The notes: generated by a model not told the origin, from the letters alone. A stretch of 64,000 bases of DNA from a virus (IMGVR_UViG_3300024520_000063:1-64000); one strand, 5' to 3'. Shown: positions 28,880 through 38,679, numbered from the stretch's first letter. Program-made: numbers and translations.

Positions 28880-29106
28880 TTATTGTCCTGTTTGTTTTCA
28901 CTGGCAGTTATGCGGTACTGAGCAATCATCATCTGCACATTAGCCATAGCTAATTCGTGGCCAGTTGTCGTCTCGTGCCTTGATTGCAGAAAACCGGCAA
29001 ACAGACACGCACCTCCGATCGAGGTCGTGACGTACCCAGGATCGAAGAATACCCCGACATGAGTGAGGACTGCCCCGATAAGAAACAGCATCGTGCTCTT
29101 GTTCAT
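28876..29106 (-). CDS. membrane protein
   Basis: 76 aa, two TM helices. Confidence 0.45.
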   Translation of the reverse strand: MNKSTMLFLIGAVLTHVGVFFDPGYVTTSIGGACLFAGFLQSRHETTTGHELAMANVQMMIAQYRITASENKQDNK

Positions 29107-29384
29107 GCCATATCCTTTTCATGGAGTCGGTCAAACAACTCTTGTCCGCGAGCCTTGATTTTAGCGATCACAGCATCAGTCCACTCTGGCCATGTCTCAG
29201 GCCGGGCGTTCCATCTATTGATAGCGGCTTCCCTGGATTCCCATTTCCCCTGCAGCGCGCAACCGCATTCGCATTGTATCAGGCACGCCGACATCACGGC
29301 AGGAACGTAGTATTCACTGTCTGCGTCGAGAACCTCAACCTGGTCATTGCCGCAGAACGGGCACGGGAGCATTTCATTCATCTT
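29103..29384 (-). CDS. Lar-family restriction alleviation protein homolog (second copy)
   Basis: MKKMNEMLPCPFCGNDQVEV...CECGCALQG...AAINRWNARP matches Lar family pattern. Confidence 0.55.
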   Translation of the reverse strand, partial: KMNEMLPCPFCGNDQVEVLDADSEYYVPAVMSACLIQCECGCALQGKWESREAAINRWNARPETWPEWTDAVIAKIKARGQELFDRLHEKDMA

Positions 29385-29586
29385 CTTCATCCTGATTAAC
29401 CATCGCAGCGCGAGCGTCACGGACGCTGTTCAGTTGCTGCATACTCTCTCTCATCTGTTCCAGAAGATGCACCTGAGAGACCAGCGCACCAATGTGCTGC
29501 TGACGGGATTTGATCTCAAGTTCGATGTCGGCCAGTGTCGTTTCGCTCATCTCATCTCTCCTTGAAAAGTGGTCATGTAACAACAT
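29374..29586 (-). CDS. coiled-coil small protein
   Basis: 70 aa. Confidence 0.4.
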   Translation of the reverse strand: MLLHDHFSRRDEMSETTLADIELEIKSRQQHIGALVSQVHLLEQMRESMQQLNSVRDARAAMVNQDEEDE

Positions 29587-29629
29587 TTTCGCACGGTAAC
29601 ACAGCGCATGTTATCGTGCGAAAATAGTG

Positions 29630-29953
29630 TTACGTTCTATGAGTCCCCTCGACGTCTCTCTTTTCTCGGTCGTCAGTCCGCTTTCTCAGGGCGTCAACAG
29701 CCATGGCGAGATAACCCAGTGCGGCGGAGTTGTCGTCACACTTGAACTTGCTCGACTGGTAGTGCTTAATCCGATCAGCAACAGCCAGAATCACATCCTC
29801 GACGAAAGCTCCGTTCGGTTCCTTCCGGTCATTCCCGCGACCCAGAGGCCCATTCTGCCAGCTGATCGTAAATCCTCGACCACTGACACACCCTCCATTC
29901 GGATTTCCATCTTCGTCTGTCCAGTTCTCAGAAAAGAATCCCTGGGCTGCCAT
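29630..29953 (-). CDS. hypothetical protein
   Basis: 107 aa. Confidence 0.45.
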   Translation of the reverse strand: MAAQGFFSENWTDEDGNPNGGCVSGRGFTISWQNGPLGRGNDRKEPNGAFVEDVILAVADRIKHYQSSKFKCDDNSAALGYLAMAVDALRKRTDDREKRDVEGTHRT

Positions 29954-29983
29954 TGTTATTCTCCTGTGGTTTGAGGCTCGGAC

Positions 29984-30352
29984 TTATTCATCGAACAGAA
30001 CGGTTCCAATGATCTTATCTGGACTAAGTTCTCCACACTCTGAATGGGCGTGCGGAGCGATTATTGCGAAGGGGCTTTTGCTCTTATGGAATTCATCCAG
30101 CGTCATCCAGTCGTGACCCTTCAGGGGCGAATACCACTTGGCCGCGTGATCACAGACCTCAGGCTCTCCGTGATACAGAACACAAGTTCCATAGAAGTAA
30201 TCTGGATTCTTTGAGTGAGTCCGGAAAACCAGAACGTCTGAGCATAGCCCTCTCCGCATGATCAGAACTGGGCGAGAGTCTCCATAGAGGTACGAGAACC
30301 CCTCGAAGAATGTCCTTATCGTAACTGGCGGAATTTCCGTGCTCCAAGGCAT
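29984..30352 (-). CDS. hypothetical protein
   Basis: 122 aa. Confidence 0.45.
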   Translation of the reverse strand: MPWSTEIPPVTIRTFFEGFSYLYGDSRPVLIMRRGLCSDVLVFRTHSKNPDYFYGTCVLYHGEPEVCDHAAKWYSPLKGHDWMTLDEFHKSKSPFAIIAPHAHSECGELSPDKIIGTVLFDE

Positions 30353-30591
30353 TATGTCAGCTCCTCATATGAATGGGGGATTCCACCGACAAGAGCGACA
30401 GCGAGTTCGTCAACCATAGACTCCAGTCTCTGGGACTCCTCTCTTGTTCTGAGGCAGATGCCGCCACTGTGGCTCGCGGCTATATATAGCATCTCCAAAG
30501 CTTCCTTCTGGAAATGGATGTTATCTCTGTGCAGCCATCTCTCGTCAGCCCTGGAGTAAGTCCAGTCATCGCACACTGGATGCGTCATCAA
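30352..30591 (-). CDS. hypothetical protein
   Basis: 79 aa. Confidence 0.4.
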   Translation of the reverse strand: MMTHPVCDDWTYSRADERWLHRDNIHFQKEALEMLYIAASHSGGICLRTREESQRLESMVDELAVALVGGIPHSYEELT

Positions 30592-30762
30592 ACTCTCCCG
30601 TCTTAAGTTTGAGTTCGTCCTGCAGGCTGTCTATTTCGCGAGAAGCTCTTCGGGCCGCTTCGGCAATCATATCCGGATATGGCAGCGATTCATCACAAAA
30701 CTCAACAAGCCACAGATGAGCAACCCTTGCCGCTTCCGGATAGTCAAGAGGCCTTGCCATTC

Positions 30763-30948
30763 TCACCTCCCATATTTCTGAGCACATCGAGAACAAACAC
30801 AGATCTGGTCGCCCGGAGTCATATCTCCAGAGTGAGGCAGCTCGACGATATAGACCTTGGAAGCAAACTGGCCGCACTCGTCACAGGCGAGCCGATGCTC
30901 AATCTGAACAAAAAGAGTCTCAGGCTCACCCCGTGGATACCTGGCCAT
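30763..30948 (-). CDS. zinc-ribbon protein
   Basis: CDECGQF...CVCSRCAQ. Confidence 0.4.
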   Translation of the reverse strand: MARYPRGEPETLFVQIEHRLACDECGQFASKVYIVELPHSGDMTPGDQICVCSRCAQKYGR

Positions 30949-30997
30949 TTACAATCTACTCCTTATGCTATGCAGTGTAGACCGAGAACAGACAGGG

Positions 30998-31465
30998 TCA
31001 AGAATCTGGAAGCCTGCCTTTGATTAATTCCTCGTACTGGGACTCCGGAACCTGATTATTCTTCAGGATCGCGACCAGCGACTTAATGCGCTCGCTGTCT
31101 TCGCGATACGCCTTCCGTGCCTTGATAAGTCTCCGCTCCATAGCAGACGGGGCATCTTCCTCATATTCCTCCAGCACCTTAGCAGCCCGCGAGGCAGAGA
31201 TATCCGCCGCAGCATGTAGCCTCTCGACCAGGACATCATCATCCGAGGTCGCCATAGCCCGTCCCACAGAGACGCACATCATGACGTGCCGAGGGGAATA
31301 CCCCAGGGCAGCCGCCAATCGATCCTTAGTCTGGCCCCCTCCGAACTTCCATAGTTCATTCAGCCGATAAGCTTCCAGACACGTCTCGCTCCCGGACATC
31401 GACCCCCGGTTCACGCAGACACAATCAAACTTGCCGCATCCGCGACAGCCCACATTAACGCTCAT
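30998..31465 (-). CDS. hypothetical DNA-binding protein
   Basis: 155 aa; N-terminal Cys cluster CRGCGKFDCVC; first gene of minus-strand block next to divergent control region. Confidence 0.45.
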   Translation of the reverse strand: MSVNVGCRGCGKFDCVCVNRGSMSGSETCLEAYRLNELWKFGGGQTKDRLAAALGYSPRHVMMCVSVGRAMATSDDDVLVERLHAAADISASRAAKVLEEYEEDAPSAMERRLIKARKAYREDSERIKSLVAILKNNQVPESQYEELIKGRLPDS

Positions 31466-32007
31466 ATCAGCTCTCCTTTTTCCCGACGTCAGGAAGATGG
31501 CCTATTTGTTGCCCTCAACAAAATGGTCCGCCCTTAACTACTCCCCCGCCGTCATTCCCACGTGCGAGACCATCACACAACAGATGCAGCGAAGTGTATC
31601 AGGCGATTACCACGGGTGCAACCACGGGGTTCAGATCGAGGAAAACCCGGTCAGGATCAGGGCAGCGAAGCTCTCTTTCCGGGTGTAGAGAACACTCAGT
31701 ATGAGCATGTGCGACACGTGCATAGAGGTGGTGCATCAAAGTGCTCCATGAACCGGATTGAGGGAAAAATGAGGACTGATGTCTGAGGCATCAATACCTG
31801 CCTGGCGGGCATGAGAGCGCACTATTGTTCACCCCCGCCTATGTCAATCTGCGCCTATGTTAAGGTCACCTACAGGCACATGCTGAGTGTTCACACAGAG
31901 ATCGTCTGCGAAGTCTACGCGGCGTCACGTACCGTTCACGCGATACGTTGACGTGATGGCAGATTCACGCAGGGTAGCTGCTGGCATGAGCGTGTGGTCG
32001 GATCTAT

Positions 32008-32046
32008 CTCGTCTTCATCTTCGTCTTCGTCTTCGTCTTCGTCTTC
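32008..32046. repeat. (TCTTCG)n hexanucleotide microsatellite, about 6 units
   Basis: direct reading: tcgtcttcatcttcgtcttcgtcttcgtcttcgtcttc. Confidence 0.9.
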
Positions 32047-32460
32047 TAGTTCTTCGCTCGCGGCCTCTGCGTTCATCTCCTGCGTCTGCCGAGTCTGGCC
32101 AGCGTATCGGTCAACTCGGCAATGACGGCCCACGTGGAGCATCTGAGCGACTAACAGCAAGCGCTGGCGGTATTTCGGATAAACTTAGATAATTAGTACA
32201 GATTAGACCCTTGACCGATAATCGATTCCGGAATCCATCAAAGAACAATCCAAACGACCACAACGAAATTTAGCCATATCATGACAGATTCAGGGATCTG
32301 TACGTGTTTATATAAACTAAGTGTCCTATAAAATTTGAAGTTTATTCTCGTTTATTCGCGTCCAGATTATCGGCTGAATTCACGATCCTGGATTTCCCTA
32401 TCTTTGTACCGAATACTTGGATCCTTCGATTCTCAATTCTCACAACACAAGGAGACCAAC

Positions 32461-32589
32461 TATGACCCAGCGACAGAAGCTAATGGTAGCGATTCGCGAT
32501 TACTCTCAAGCTAGCGTCGATGTCGCGTCGATTATTGGCGACGACGAAGCAGAGATGCTCGAACTTTACGCTGATCACCTCGACGACTA
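32461..32589 (+). CDS. small acidic protein (42 aa)
   Basis: strong RBS caaggagaccaactATG; first plus-strand gene after control region. Confidence 0.35.
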
Positions 32590-32812
32590 ACGCAGACGCC
32601 GCGCGGCGGCCTACCGATCGTCGCGCGGAATCGGCTACCCCGGATTGTTGAACGGCATTCACGCCTGACAATCGGGAGGCCTTACAACCTGACTCGCTCA
32701 ACGATATCGACTACCGGCAATTACATAGTTGCCGGTTGCCGGTATCGTGGGGTTTCGATGCCCGCCCTGGCGACTACCTTATCAACCGGGCATCACATCA
32801 GGAGATTTTGAG

Positions 32813-33343
32813 ATGAGTTTGCGAAACCTAGTTGAACGCGACGAGGCGAACGGCGACATTCAGTATTCGGGTCGCCAGGTGTCGTATCGGAATCGGGACG
32901 ATAAGGCCGATTTCGCAATTCGACGATTAGATCTTGGCGCGGGGAAAACGACCCCGTCCGTTGAGTCAGTTTGCGAATCAATCGCAACTGGCCAGATCTC
33001 TGAGGTTACTCTGTCTGCAGCACTCGCGGACGCATCAGGCGCAGTCTCAGACCGGTTGACGTCTTCGCAGACGGTTACCGGCAAGCGCAACCTGTCCCGC
33101 CTGGGTCATTCCCTCGCGGAGGAATTGGGCGTGACGATTGAGGCGGAGGTGCCTGAACCTCCCCGCAATCCGACACCCGAACCCCGCCAGGCCACCAACG
33201 GCGACATCACGCCGGAAATGATCAGTCAGGCTACCAAACCGGAATTGCTCAAAGCGCTCCGCGAGCGCGGAATCCCGGTTGACGGTAAATCTAAGGTGGA
33301 CGATGTCCGCGCCCTGGCAACCTCCGAACTGGTGACAGTCTGA
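32813..33343 (+). CDS. hypothetical protein with C-terminal SAP/Rho-N-like HeH motif
   Basis: RBS aggaga; C-terminus ELLKALRERGIPVDGKSKVDDVRAL resembles SAP/Rho_N DNA-binding motif. Confidence 0.45.
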   Translation: MSLRNLVERDEANGDIQYSGRQVSYRNRDDKADFAIRRLDLGAGKTTPSVESVCESIATGQISEVTLSAALADASGAVSDRLTSSQTVTGKRNLSRLGHSLAEELGVTIEAEVPEPPRNPTPEPRQATNGDITPEMISQATKPELLKALRERGIPVDGKSKVDDVRALATSELVTV

Positions 33344-33478
33344 ACCAGTTCAGCGGGCGCGAGGGTTTTCCCGCGCTAGCGTCCCGAATCCCGCCAGGGT
33401 AACACCTGGCGGGGTTTTCTCATGCGCCAAGGCGATTGGCGTACGGGAAAACCTACCTCAAACCCAGGAGACAAAACC

Positions 33479-34276
33479 ATGCAACGTATGCCGAAAGACC
33501 GGCGCAGACAGTCTACAAAACAGGGAGGCCGCAAACCCGATGCGGGCATTGTCCCCGCAATTGCGGTCAAGATTGAGGCGGACGGAAACGGTAAACATGT
33601 CCGCCGGTATCGCGAGGGATCCCGCGTCCTAACATCAACCGGAATTATCCCGCCAGCCGTTGGGCGCAGATTGTTGTTGGAGGCTGGATCTGGCGATTCT
33701 GACGCCAGCCTAACGGCGCGGGAAGACGCGCAGACATCAAACCGCAATGAACTGCGCGTTGAGGTGAACGGACATCGGCGCAGAACTGCGATTGCGATTC
33801 AACGCAAACTATCGGATATGGGGATCCCGCATTCAATCACCAGTCATCCAGACGATTGCCGCGCGGATTGTTTCGGTTGGGTTGTTCGGGGATCCGATAA
33901 TGCCCGCCAGGCTTTTCTATTCTGGTGTCAACGTTCGCGGAAAACTCGCGGGCAATTCCAGGCCGATACCGAGCTTGCGACACCACATGGAACCGGCACG
34001 GACGGACATCAAACCCCAGTTGGCAAGATGCAAGCGCGGGATCCCAACCGGCCGCGAGTGACTACGGACGGAAATGCCATCGCGGCAAATGCCCGCCAGG
34101 CCGCAAGATCTCAAACAATGCGGATTGAGGCTGAACGCAGAGCGAACAACCGGCGCAAAGCGGACGGATTGCGCGAGGCGGAGAAAACCGCGAGGCGCGA
34201 GGCGAAGCGTACGGAAATCACAATCCAGGCTATCCGCAACGGAGGTTTGCCGGATTGCTTGATCTTCCAGGGATGA
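33479..34276 (+). CDS. Arg-rich hypothetical protein in GC-rich segment
   Basis: RBS aggagacaaaaccATG; coding assignment uncertain because all frames are open in this GC-rich stretch. Confidence 0.3.
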   Translation: MQRMPKDRRRQSTKQGGRKPDAGIVPAIAVKIEADGNGKHVRRYREGSRVLTSTGIIPPAVGRRLLLEAGSGDSDASLTAREDAQTSNRNELRVEVNGHRRRTAIAIQRKLSDMGIPHSITSHPDDCRADCFGWVVRGSDNARQAFLFWCQRSRKTRGQFQADTELATPHGTGTDGHQTPVGKMQARDPNRPRVTTDGNAIAANARQAARSQTMRIEAERRANNRRKADGLREAEKTARREAKRTEITIQAIRNGGLPDCLIFQG

Positions 34277-34576
34277 TACTCGCGACAATTCAACACGTCC
34301 TGCCCGCGCTGGCATGTGATCAGCGCGGGCATTTTTCGTATCGGGACACAATGCCCAACCGGCAACCTGGACAGCGTACGCAATCCACCTGGACAACACG
34401 CAACCGGCAACAATCCACACTCGCGACCTGGATCCCGTTCGTTCATGTGAACGGCACAATTACTGAACGCGCGATCGTTCGTATCAACAATGGACCTGAA
34501 CATACGTCAGGTTGTGGACACGCGGAGAGCGCCGGCTCCGGCGCAGATAAGATAGATCCAGATTCCTATGAGATAA

Positions 34577-34610
34577 CCCCTCATGGGAACGAAACCCCCT
34601 CATGGGAACC
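34577..34610 (+). promoter_or_regulatory. two tandem copies of CCCTCATGGGAAC motif immediately upstream of a start codon
   Basis: direct reading. Confidence 0.6.
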
Positions 34611-34615
34611 AGGTC

Positions 34616-34786
34616 ATGAATCTCACCGCAGTTCAGTACGAATCAATCTGTGCTCTGATCGCGTGTCGTGGGAAAGAATCTGCCATCAAACAGGTATCAC
34701 ACTTCCTGGATGGAGAAGATCTGGATGCGGCTAAGGCCTTTATCGACAAGGCTGATGTCGATGAAGATACCAGGCATATCAAATAG
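34616..34786 (+). CDS. small protein (56 aa)
   Basis: start directly after motif. Confidence 0.4.
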   Translation: MNLTAVQYESICALIACRGKESAIKQVSHFLDGEDLDAAKAFIDKADVDEDTRHIK

Positions 34787-34800
34787 TCCCTCATGGGAAC
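34787..34800 (+). promoter_or_regulatory. CCCTCATGGGAAC motif
   Basis: direct reading; ATG follows 6 nt later. Confidence 0.6.
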
Positions 34801-34806
34801 GAAACC

Positions 34807-34941
34807 ATGCTTACAGCAGAACAGATCAGCTTGATCATCGACTCTGAGGCAGACAGGATTAATCCTGTCCATCACCCTGAGTGTGAATGCTATGAATGCG
34901 TCTGCGAGTACGAATCTATGGCGCAGTTTGAAGAGAACAAC
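34807..34941 (+). CDS. small Cys-rich protein (44 aa)
   Basis: HPECECYECVCEY. Confidence 0.35.
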
Positions 34942-34945
34942 TAGA

Positions 34946-35036
34946 CCCCTCGTGGGAACCGATGCTCCCGGTGCGACCGACGATATGACTCATGGGAACC
35001 AGGCGATGGGTTCCCTTCCTGTTCCCTCATGGGAAC
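34946..35036 (+). promoter_or_regulatory. motif variant CCCTCGTGGGAACC, then CTCATGGGAACC-aggcgat-GGGTTCCC hairpin, then third motif copy
   Basis: direct reading; stem GGGAACC/GGTTCCC. Confidence 0.6.
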
Positions 35037-35058
35037 GTAATTTTCAGGAGACGTAGCG

Positions 35059-35592
35059 ATGTTTCGCAAGATTCTGACTCTCGGCTTAGGGGCAGCGTGG
35101 TCCTTCCTTCAGGCTAATCAGGACAATCTGTCCTCCTTCGCCAAAGGTTACACGGCTGCAATGCTTCGCGTGGCATGTGGCCAAGTCACAGTGAAAGATG
35201 CACAGGAAGCGGTCAATGACCGGTACACGTGGATCACAGTAGTGATGAATGGGGAAATGGTCGCGTTCCTGCCTGTCCCTCATGGGACTCCGGCGGAAGA
35301 TGCCGTGCAGTTCGCTTGGGAGAATACCCAGCATGGGAACCGATGGTATTGGGACACCAGGCCAGGCGTAAAGGTTGCTCCGACTCACGTGGGGACAATC
35401 CGATCGACAATGGTCGGGGACTCATTCATCTATGACGGAAAACGGTATCTCGTCGCCCCTGCAAGCTTCCCGTGTGTCGATAGCATTCCACTGGTCGGGA
35501 TGACTCCGGAATTGCTGGGTGCAGACTCCAGCGGGTCGCTCGTTCGCGATCGTAATGGTGTCGAATGCTTCGCCTGTCTGGGTGAAGACTAG
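35059..35592 (+). CDS. hypothetical protein
   Basis: 177 aa, RBS caggagacgtagcgATG. Confidence 0.5.
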   Translation: MFRKILTLGLGAAWSFLQANQDNLSSFAKGYTAAMLRVACGQVTVKDAQEAVNDRYTWITVVMNGEMVAFLPVPHGTPAEDAVQFAWENTQHGNRWYWDTRPGVKVAPTHVGTIRSTMVGDSFIYDGKRYLVAPASFPCVDSIPLVGMTPELLGADSSGSLVRDRNGVECFACLGED

Positions 35593-35794
35593 AAGCACGA
35601 GGTGTGACCGAAAATCATGTTTGTGGGAACAGAGTGCCGGTCGTCCCTGTCATTGAGGGAACGCAAACGCAATGTTCGCAGGTCAATAACAGACCGCATT
35701 GCTGCGACCGGCACGGATCCGCAGGTTTGCCGGACCCCTGCGGTGTCAGCTTGATACTCTCATTTGAGAGGGATCCAATTCCGGCTCATTTTAA

Positions 35795-35870
35795 CCCTCA
35801 TGGGAACGGAGGCGATGCCGTTCCCCTTAATCCCTCATGGGAACCAGGCGATGGTTCCCCAATCAGGAGA
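35795..35870 (+). promoter_or_regulatory. two motif copies each followed by hairpin (GGGAACGG/CCGTTCCC and GGGAACC/GGTTCCC) plus RBS
   Basis: direct reading. Confidence 0.6.
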
Positions 35871-35879
35871 CGATGCAGT

Positions 35880-36260
35880 ATGAGAATCGACGGTATTGCC
35901 ATAGGGCGCGAATCGGCTGACAAGATCAGCTTGCATCTGGATCGAGTCCACCAAATAGGTGAGGAACTCTCTGTCGAGGAATTCATCGAAGCGATTCGTG
36001 GGAACCTGAGTGTTGAACTTCTGGTTTCAGGGGAACGAGTATTCGTCAATTGTGCAGACACTCCGTGCATGACAACGAATGCCGACCTGAATCGGGAATT
36101 CGGGGACAGAAACCTCTTCTTTGCCGTGCTGCAGGAATCCCCGAGATCGTATCTCTTCTGTGACGATCCAGAGGATGGGATGCACTGTCACTTGATTTTC
36201 CCGGATTACGATGCGGCGGCTGAGGCGGCGGCTGGATTGTTGAATCCGATCATCTACTAG
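35880..36260 (+). CDS. hypothetical protein (126 aa)
   Basis: in-frame ATG after motif/RBS inside ORF 35604..36260. Confidence 0.45.
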   Translation: MRIDGIAIGRESADKISLHLDRVHQIGEELSVEEFIEAIRGNLSVELLVSGERVFVNCADTPCMTTNADLNREFGDRNLFFAVLQESPRSYLFCDDPEDGMHCHLIFPDYDAAAEAAAGLLNPIIY

Positions 36261-36411
36261 CGCCTCGCGAGAACCCGATCAATCCCTGGCTGACGACACA
36301 GTTGGAAGATCGGTGGCGTCGGGAAACCATCGGACAAGAACCTAAAGCAGTCCCTCGCCTGACTCCCGCTGACTGAACCGAGACGAAGATTGTTACCGAC
36401 GTATGACATAA

Positions 36412-36425
36412 CCCCTCATAGGAAC
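36412..36425 (+). promoter_or_regulatory. motif variant CCCCTCATAGGAAC
   Basis: direct reading. Confidence 0.5.
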
Positions 36426-36539
36426 AGGATCCAATCCCTTTCCCCCCGGCTCTCACCAGATGGCACTGTGAGCCTAACACTGCCGATGATAAAGCGGCCT
36501 GGTGGGAGAGTGATCTGGATTCCTGTTCCCTTTCTTTAA

Positions 36540-36591
36540 CCCCTCATGGGAACCTGGCGATGGGTTCCTTCCCTTCATGAGAACCAGGAGA
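36540..36591 (+). promoter_or_regulatory. motif + hairpin (GGGAACC tggcgat GGGTTCC) + partial motif + RBS aggaga
   Basis: direct reading. Confidence 0.6.
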
Positions 36592-36598
36592 CGATGCG

Positions 36599-37066
36599 AT
36601 GACTGAGACCAAAACCCGTGAATGGGCACTCGGTGATGAAATCTGCGACATGCACTACGGGTTGCCAGATCACACCTGGGATCGCGGGTCGCAAATTCCG
36701 ATCACAACGCGGAATCACGTTCGTTTGCAGTACCTGAACGACGCGCACGATCTGGTCGAAAAAGCTTTGGAGTCTTCTGGGTCACTGTCTTGTTTTTACA
36801 CAAACAAGATGGCCGTTGTCGTCGGTGTTCCAGTTTCGGATGCTTGGTACAAAGTGGCGTACTCTTATGACTGCCACACGTTCGGGATGTTTGAGTTTCA
36901 GCCCATTCCCGTTCAGGAGCCTGAGCCGGAACCCGAGAAGCCCAGGAAGACGATCTTTACCACTGCCGAGATCGCCAAGCTTCTCAAGGTTGCGCCTCGA
37001 ACCGTGTCAAAATGGGAAGAGTATGTATATCGATGCACGATTGAAGAACTGGAAGACAACGCATAA
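36599..37066 (+). CDS. hypothetical protein (155 aa)
   Basis: ORF with RBS, follows motif. Confidence 0.5.
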   Translation: MTETKTREWALGDEICDMHYGLPDHTWDRGSQIPITTRNHVRLQYLNDAHDLVEKALESSGSLSCFYTNKMAVVVGVPVSDAWYKVAYSYDCHTFGMFEFQPIPVQEPEPEPEKPRKTIFTTAEIAKLLKVAPRTVSKWEEYVYRCTIEELEDNA

Positions 37067-37260
37067 TCCCCTCATGGGTCGGGATTCCCCTGTCTGACAT
37101 AGTCCCTGCGGTCATCACCCGCAATGCTGCCCTACGAAGCCTGCAATCGCTTTCTGTCTCTGCTCGCATCCGAGACAGGGCTACGCTGTGCATACCGGGC
37201 CGTGCATAAAGATGGCAACGCATACTATTCAGACAGGGAGATCTCGACCCATGAACTAAG

Positions 37261-37275
37261 ACCCTCATAGGAACC
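37261..37275 (+). promoter_or_regulatory. motif variant ACCCTCATAGGAACC directly upstream of ATG
   Basis: direct reading. Confidence 0.55.
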
Positions 37276-37281
37276 CGAGCG

Positions 37282-37527
37282 ATGCACGATTATGAGATAT
37301 CAGTGCCGACAGACTCCACAGAATCAGAGTGGATGGTTTCTCAGGTCACACACGCCAGAAGCCTCCATGATGCATCAGTCTATATGGCCCGGTATCTAAC
37401 CAGATTCCGGGTTCGGAGTGTCTCTCACAATGAGACATTTGACTACGGAGTCATTCATCATCCGAATCATGGGTATGCGTACCCTTCACTCAAGGCAGTC
37501 ATATGTCCAGAGAAAACAACGCTATGA
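37282..37527 (+). CDS. hypothetical protein (81 aa)
   Basis: ORF after motif. Confidence 0.45.
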   Translation: MHDYEISVPTDSTESEWMVSQVTHARSLHDASVYMARYLTRFRVRSVSHNETFDYGVIHHPNHGYAYPSLKAVICPEKTTL

Positions 37528-37709
37528 AAACCTTTGAGATCCAAGTTCCCATCTCTGATGGCGAGTGGGTAACGTGGGATACGTGTGAATCGAAGACTAC
37601 AAATGGGCCTAAGGGGTTGGCGGGCCGATTCTGCCTCAAGAAATTCCGCATCATTGATGTTGAGACTGGGGAATCTGAAGAATACGAAATGAAGACTCTT
37701 CCGTGGTAG
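37503..37709 (+). CDS. hypothetical protein (68 aa)
   Basis: ORF overlapping previous stop region. Confidence 0.35.
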   Translation: MSRENNAMKTFEIQVPISDGEWVTWDTCESKTTNGPKGLAGRFCLKKFRIIDVETGESEEYEMKTLPW

Positions 37710-37723
37710 GCCCAATCCCTCAT

Positions 37724-37739
37724 AAGAACCAGGGCGTGA
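37724..37739 (+). promoter_or_regulatory. motif variant TCCCTCATAAGAACC
   Basis: direct reading. Confidence 0.45.
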
Positions 37740-37870
37740 CGGAACAGTCGACGTCCTTCGCGAGAGCATGTGTAGGATAGGTGGGAGGTGAAGATGCCAG
37801 GCCGCAAGACCTGTCTGAACCGTCCTTGAAATACCACCCGTGCTCTTTCCCTTAAATCAGGAAAACAGTC

Positions 37871-38140
37871 ATGGAAAATCAGTACCACGCCAAAATGACA
37901 GAACTCAGACATCAGGTTTTCGAACTGGCTAATGAAATGGCACTGGATGATCTGGGTCACGTTGCCACAACTCTACACCACGCATCCAACACCATCACAA
38001 GAGCCATAAACTCTCTCGAATCGGGAAGTGTCGATCTTCAATGCCTCATAGAAGATGGACTTCGCGGACTAGGTGGAATTATTGCGCTGGAACACTCACA
38101 GGAACACGACCATGTCCAGAATCATCGGCAAAGTGATTGA
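37871..38140 (+). CDS. hypothetical protein
   Basis: 89-aa ORF. Confidence 0.4.
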   Translation: MENQYHAKMTELRHQVFELANEMALDDLGHVATTLHHASNTITRAINSLESGSVDLQCLIEDGLRGLGGIIALEHSQEHDHVQNHRQSD

Positions 38141-38270
38141 CAGTGGATCCGACAATGCCTGGCCCACGACAGCCGCCAGTGACATTGTCTTCGGTGTTAT
38201 CTTCGGATCAGCCCTTGTGATGATCCTGGGTTTCGGGATCGCGAGTCTGATCCTCAGGCTTCCCTTGTAG
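38113..38270 (+). CDS. small membrane protein (paralog A)
   Basis: MSRIIGKVIDSGSDNAW...hydrophobic C-terminus; paralog of 38680 gene. Confidence 0.4.
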
Positions 38271-38282
38271 GAAATAGTGGGT

Positions 38283-38495
38283 AGTTTTTCTCACAACACA
38301 GGAGACAATCCAATGCCCGAATTCGAATTTGTGGCCCACGAGACCCGCAGGCAGAAAGTCAGGTACTGGGTTGTTGCTGACAGCCTGGAAGAGGCGACCG
38401 AGCTTGCTGAAAGGGGCGAAACGGACAACGAAGAGGACGTGGAATGCCTAGCCGTCTACAGCAGAAGCGTGAAGCACATCAAGCCTTGGAAATAA
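38283..38495 (+). CDS. hypothetical acidic protein
   Basis: ORF 38277..38495. Confidence 0.4.
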   Translation, partial: SFSHNTGDNPMPEFEFVAHETRRQKVRYWVVADSLEEATELAERGETDNEEDVECLAVYSRSVKHIKPWK

Positions 38496-38679
38496 AACAC
38501 ACTGGGTTAGATTTGGCCATCCGGCTCAGTGATGACGACACGATCGACGAAGTTGACCTGTTGGAGATGGTCGCCGTCCTTGCGGTTGACTAGCCGATGT
38601 CCGCGCTGGAACCGATGTCCAATCTTGGAAGACAGACCATGCCGTTGACCTCTCGCACACCGATTAGGAGACAGACCAT

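Noticed and set aside
31887-32192. ORFs spanning the hexanucleotide repeat (RLRLRL… plus strand / EDEDED… minus strand)
   Set aside because: Generated by the microsatellite in an otherwise non-coding control region; no RBS or flanking coding signal.
33917-34503. Minus-strand ORFs 33917..34459 and 34111..34503
   Set aside because: Lie in a GC-rich stretch where all frames are open; overlap the better-supported plus-strand ORF; probably spurious.
35604-35879. N-terminal extension of ORF 35604..36260
   Set aside because: Reads through two regulatory motif/hairpin copies; the gene more likely starts at ATG 35880 after the RBS.
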